Positions 59,186-64,000 of a stretch of 64,000 nt of DNA are shown piece after piece. Origin of the DNA: Azolla caroliniana (lineage: Eukaryota; Plantae; Polypodiophyta); assembly GCA_043228905.1 (NCBI GenBank), contig JBHGNT010000007.1, positions 930,001 through 994,000 of the forward strand. The letters are read 5' to 3'. The first letter of the stretch is position 1; the number at the start of each line of letters is the position of its first letter. The notes below the pieces were generated by a model. The model was not told where the DNA came from and did no database searches. It saw only the letters and a program-made list of their open reading frames with translations. A program made the translations under genes and the position numbers.

Positions 59186-62100
59186 ATGTATGTGTATTTC
59201 CCCTGTTGCTTCAGAATGGACGATGGGTTCTTCTTAGAATCCCCGTTATTTCCCAAATACACAAACAAAGAGGAGCTTCCTCAGCATCGCCATACTTTTC
59301 TTAACTTGATCAAGAGTTGTAATACAAAGAAGGACCTTAGCAGAGCCAGACATGTCCATTCTCTTGTACTCGGAAAAGGACTATTTTGTAATGACCTTTG
59401 GGTTAGCAATGCATTGCTTTCTATGTATGCAAAATGTGGTTCCATTAAAGATTCAGTATTGGTCTTTGATAAGCTTCCATGTCTAAATCACGTGTCATGG
59501 AATTCTATGATCACAGGGTATGTTCAAAATAAACTTGATCATGAAGCTTTGAAGTGTTTCAAACAAATGCAAGATTCTGGTTTTGTTCCAGATTCAATCT
59601 CTTTTCTTTACATTTTGAAAGCCTGTGGTAATATAGGCTCTATTGAGATAGGAGAACAAATATATGGAAAAGTTAGTAAGGAAGGGTTATTGGAAAAGGA
59701 TGTTAAACTTGGCACAACTATGATGGATATGTATGCCAGGTGTAATATGTTGGAAAAAGCACAAAAGGTCTTTGATAATCTTGTAGTGAGAGATATTGTA
59801 TCTTGGACAACATTGATTTCTGGGTATATACAAAATGGTCTAATTGATGAGGCTATGCTATACTTACAAAAGATGCAAGAGGATGGTTTCTACCCTGGTG
59901 TCGCCACTTTCATTTCTATTTTGAAAGCTTGTGGTAGTATAGAATGTCTTCACATAGGAGAACAGATTCACAATGAGATTAGAAAGAACGGTTTACTTGA
60001 GAAAAACAGTGCTCTTGGCACAACCTTGATAAATATGTATGTGAAATGCAACATGTTGGAAAGAGCTCAGGAAGTTTTTGACAGTCTTTGTATAAGAGAT
60101 GTTGTATCCTGGAGTGCATTAATTGCCGGTTACACCCAACATGGGCATGGTCAAAAAGCACTAAATTGCTTCAGTCTTATGCAAGAAGATGGGGTTTCTC
60201 CAGATGTTGTCACTTTTATTGTGATTTTGAAGGCTTGTGGTAGCATAGAGTCTCTTGAAGTGGGAGAGGAGATACATGTTAAGGTTAGAACGGAAGGATT
60301 ATTGGAAGAAAATGTTATGCTTGGAAATGCATTGGTGGACATGTATGTTAAATGTGGTGCAATGGCTAAAGCACAAAAGTTGTTTGATGAACTTCGGGTG
60401 CGGAATGTGGTTTGTTGGAATTCTTTGATTGGTGGATATGTTAAATATGAATTTGGTGACGAAGCTTTGAAATGTTTCAACCGGATGCAAGGTGAGGGCC
60501 TCTCCCCTGATGCAATTACTTTTGTTTGTGCTTTGAAAGCATGTGGCCTTACAAGATCCATTGAGATGGGAGAAGAGATACGTGCTGAGATTAGCAAGCA
60601 AAAGTTATTGGAAAAGAATATTAATGTTGGAAATGCATTGGTGGGCATGTATGTTAAATGTGGTGTACTGGAAAAAGCCCGAGAGTTGTTTGATGAACTC
60701 CTGATACGGGATACTATATCTTGGAATTTGTTAATTGCTGGGTATTCTCACCATGGACTTGCAAATGAAGCTCTATATTGCTTCAAAAAGATGCAAGACC
60801 AGGGCATCTGCCCAGACATTGGCACCTTTATTTGCATGTGTAAAGTTTGTGGTATCATTGGATCTCTCAAAATGCTGGAAGAGATACATACTCTGGTTAG
60901 TAAGAAGGGATTTATGAAAAAACATCCTATCCTTGGCAGTGAATTAGTTCATATGTATTCTAAATTTAGCATGATGGGAAAAGCAAGGGAGGTCTTTAAT
61001 AAACTTTTAGTCCGGGATGTTGTAACTTGGAATGCATTGATTAGTGGATATACTAAAAATGGGCTGGATAATGAGGCTCTAGAGTGCTTTAAGCTTATGC
61101 AAGATGAGGGAATCTCGCCCAATGGACTGTCCTTTTCTTGTATTCTGAAAGCTTGTAGCAACATGAAATGTTTTGAGATGGGAGAAGAGATTTATGCAGA
61201 GGTTATTAAGCAAGGGTTATTGAGAAATGACCCCGTGCTTGGCACTGCATTAGTGAATATGTATGCCAACTTTGGCATGATGGAAAAAGCGCAAGAAGTC
61301 TTTGACAAGTTTCCAGTACGAGATGCTGCATCATGGACTGCACTCATATCTGGGTATGCTTATCATGGCCTCAGCAACAAAGCCATAGATTGCTTTAGAC
61401 ATATGCGAGATGATGGAATCTTTCCAGATTTGGTCACTTTTATCTGCATGCTGAAGGTTTGCACGGGCATACGATCTTTGAGAATGGGCGAAGAGGTACA
61501 TGCAGAGATAATTAAGCAGAACCTTCTTGAAGAACACATTACCCTCGGAAACACATTAGTAGACATGTATGCAAAACTTGGAATGTTGGAAATAGCACAA
61601 GAAGTACTTTACAAACTTACAAAACGGAATGTCGTGACGTGGAATGCTCTGATTGCTGGGTATGTTGAGCATGGACTTATGGATAAAGCGCTGGAATGCT
61701 TTCTTGAGATGAGGGCAGAGGGCTTCGTGCCAGATGCAGTTACATTCATTTGCATTTTTAAAGCCTGTGGTAGCATAGGATCTCTTGAGATGGGAGAAGA
61801 TGCATGTTCAGATGTGAGAAATCAAGGGTTATTACAAGAAGACATTGTTCTTTGCAATGCATTGATATACATGTATGCCAAGTGTGGTGTTCTACGGAAG
61901 GCATATGAAATGTTTTCTAAAATTCCAATTCAAAATGTGGTATCATGGAATGCTCTAATAGCAGGGTATGCTCAGTTGGGTGAGTTCAGGATAGTTTTTG
62001 AGTTATTCAATAAGATGATGGTAGGAGGTGTCTTACCAGATGTGGTTACTTACCTTGTTTTGATGAGTGTGTGTTGTCACGTTGGGCTTATCGATGAGGG

Positions 62101-62437
62101 TCAAAAAGTGTTTGATCATATGAATACTTATAATCTAAGTCCAAGTTTAGAGCACTATACATGTATGGTTGATCTTTTTGGCCGTGCTGGAGATTTCAAC
62201 AAAGCGATGCACATCATTGAGAAAGTGCCATACTCGGACTGTTTGCCATTATTTCTGGTTCTTTTGGGTGCATGCCATAAATGGGCAAATGTAGAGCTTG
62301 GGAGATGGGCTTTTGAACAATCAGTGGTGTTAGAGAAAAATTGTGCTTCTGCTTATGTGGCCATAGGAAATATAAATGCAGCAGCTGGGTTGCATGTAGG
62401 AGCTGATTTCACCACAATGGAGTTGGAACACGGCTGA
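59186..62437 (+). CDS. PLS-class pentatricopeptide repeat protein with E1 and truncated E2, no DYW (organellar RNA-editing factor type)
   Basis: 1083-aa ORF with nine ~102-aa P-L-S triplets (VSWNxLIxGY..TFxxILKACG..GNALVDMYxKCG), S2 EHYTCMVDLFGRAG, E1 LLGACHKWANVELGRWAFE and E2 start SAYVAIGNI. The true start may be ATG 59216 or an upstream exon (AG at 59213-59214). Confidence 0.95.
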   Translation: MYVYFPCCFRMDDGFFLESPLFPKYTNKEELPQHRHTFLNLIKSCNTKKDLSRARHVHSLVLGKGLFCNDLWVSNALLSMYAKCGSIKDSVLVFDKLPCLNHVSWNSMITGYVQNKLDHEALKCFKQMQDSGFVPDSISFLYILKACGNIGSIEIGEQIYGKVSKEGLLEKDVKLGTTMMDMYARCNMLEKAQKVFDNLVVRDIVSWTTLISGYIQNGLIDEAMLYLQKMQEDGFYPGVATFISILKACGSIECLHIGEQIHNEIRKNGLLEKNSALGTTLINMYVKCNMLERAQEVFDSLCIRDVVSWSALIAGYTQHGHGQKALNCFSLMQEDGVSPDVVTFIVILKACGSIESLEVGEEIHVKVRTEGLLEENVMLGNALVDMYVKCGAMAKAQKLFDELRVRNVVCWNSLIGGYVKYEFGDEALKCFNRMQGEGLSPDAITFVCALKACGLTRSIEMGEEIRAEISKQKLLEKNINVGNALVGMYVKCGVLEKARELFDELLIRDTISWNLLIAGYSHHGLANEALYCFKKMQDQGICPDIGTFICMCKVCGIIGSLKMLEEIHTLVSKKGFMKKHPILGSELVHMYSKFSMMGKAREVFNKLLVRDVVTWNALISGYTKNGLDNEALECFKLMQDEGISPNGLSFSCILKACSNMKCFEMGEEIYAEVIKQGLLRNDPVLGTALVNMYANFGMMEKAQEVFDKFPVRDAASWTALISGYAYHGLSNKAIDCFRHMRDDGIFPDLVTFICMLKVCTGIRSLRMGEEVHAEIIKQNLLEEHITLGNTLVDMYAKLGMLEIAQEVLYKLTKRNVVTWNALIAGYVEHGLMDKALECFLEMRAEGFVPDAVTFICIFKACGSIGSLEMGEDACSDVRNQGLLQEDIVLCNALIYMYAKCGVLRKAYEMFSKIPIQNVVSWNALIAGYAQLGEFRIVFELFNKMMVGGVLPDVVTYLVLMSVCCHVGLIDEGQKVFDHMNTYNLSPSLEHYTCMVDLFGRAGDFNKAMHIIEKVPYSDCLPLFLVLLGACHKWANVELGRWAFEQSVVLEKNCASAYVAIGNINAAAGLHVGADFTTMELEHG

Positions 62438-64000
62438 GTATGTTGAGTTCCCATCCCATCTAATAATATTGGTATCCATGGTTCGTAAAACCTTTGATAT
62501 CATCCACAATGTTCACGATGAAGTTAAGCCTTGTTATCAGCATTGATCATGGCTTGTTACAATGTCATTAAACAACACCCTATTCTTTAATATGTGCTAT
62601 AAACTTCTGTATATTTTTACACGTGAAGTTACCATCAATAAGATCTTGGTTAATGATAAAATAGTCTCAATATTATATTAATGTACTGATGATAAATAAC
62701 AATTGTGCACAAGGTGATAGAGATTGGCATTGTAAGGGATAAATAGAAAAAAAGTCTGATTTAGTGCAAAAAGAAAAAAACTAAATCATCATTAAAAAAT
62801 TACAAACTAATGCTGGAGAGTTGGGTATACATGAATTCGTATATATGCAATACATTGGCTAATTTAGTTAATCATGGATTTGTATAAAACTAATTACTTT
62901 GAGAGGATCTTGGAGTTAATCTCAGATGTACTCAACATTTTAACACATATTTGGACATAAATAATGTACTGGTTTTATTATTACGATGGTACAAATTACA
63001 AGGTAAATACTTTATCCTTAAGTACTCCTATATAAGATTTAACCATTCGAGAGCGGTCCTTGTGCCAATGTATCAAGCAATGGAATATGTGTAGATTCCA
63101 TTGGGGTTGAGATTCAATATGGGTCACATGTACTAAAAAATGTAGAAATATCTATCAAGCACATAAAGAATCGTGAATGAAGATATCGAGCTCCCCTTGA
63201 TCTAGCAACATCCATAAGGTGAATGACAAGAATGTTATAAGCCCTTTGAGCATTGGCCATTGCCACCTAATAAAGAGTAGTTTGCATGTAATTGCAACAC
63301 AAGCATGACCGTTGTATACAATGGGCAGTCCATGAACATAAAATGATGTTTGTATAACTTTAGAACCATATTTGATATCTTAAATTGGAAATATTAGTAA
63401 GGCTCATGGGAATATTAAAATAAAATATGATTTTATATAAGATATGAAATTATTTTCATCAACATTTTTGGTAGAAGGTTAATAAGACCAAATCTCCATG
63501 GTTTAGGAAACTTTACGAATCTTGAAACAATATCGTAAGATGACCTTTAAGTTGCTCAATAACATTGACCATGCTTGTCACATCTCCTTACTAAGTGAGC
63601 ATCCCTAAAGTGATAGATTTATGAAATATTGAATACAATATTGCCAATAATTATTTGTGGGATCATAACTCAAATTAGTGTTCTTTTTGGGGAAAAAAAA
63701 ACAGTACACATTAGTTAGCAAACAAATTAGTGTTGATCATTAGGTGCAAGTTGCAACAAATTCAATCTAGCATAGCGGACATTTACCCCAATAAAAGAAA
63801 TGATGGGACTAGCCATTACAATAACTTAGTTTCAGATTCAAGCCTATAAAACGAGATTGTTGATAATTATGCACATCAAGGTCTTGTAGAGCACGCTATG
63901 AGGTAACCTATATATCCATTACCAAACCATAAATGGAGGGGACACGAACATTGCATTACATCTATCTATTAATTCTTGAACTCTTAACTCATCTTGTAAA

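Noticed and set aside
59184-59214. 31-nt GT..AG micro-intron at the PPR 5' end
   Set aside because: Too short for a typical plant intron. The AG may pair with a more distant donor, which cannot be resolved without transcripts.

Overview
Eukaryotic nuclear DNA from a land plant. The PLS-class PPR style and the retroelement families suggest a fern (inference). Five host genes are supported: an intronless TPR+SET methyltransferase (14619-17042 +), a 7-exon conserved small membrane protein missed by the ORF track (26996-21753 -), a 5-exon U2B''/U1A-family snRNP protein (33275-28844 -), a 17-exon UPL3/KAKTUS-type HECT E3 ligase (45988-54930 +), and an intronless PLS-E PPR protein (59186-62437 +). 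There is also a decayed membrane-protein exon at about 4.9-5.8 kb. The rest is nested retroelements: a truncated Copia fused to an RTE LINE, a second RTE copy sharing the same three stop codons, and a very young Copia (34850-40363, perfect TAGCC TSD) inside a 5'-inverted L1 bounded by a 12-bp TSD. The most unusual item sits inside the second RTE copy: a 4.1-kb non-autonomous LTR element (7436-11562) with a tRNA-Trp primer site, no pol, a decayed gag-like stub and an acidic, internally repeated ORF I do not recognise. Exon and repeat boundaries were read by eye, identity figures are estimates, and no database searches were run.
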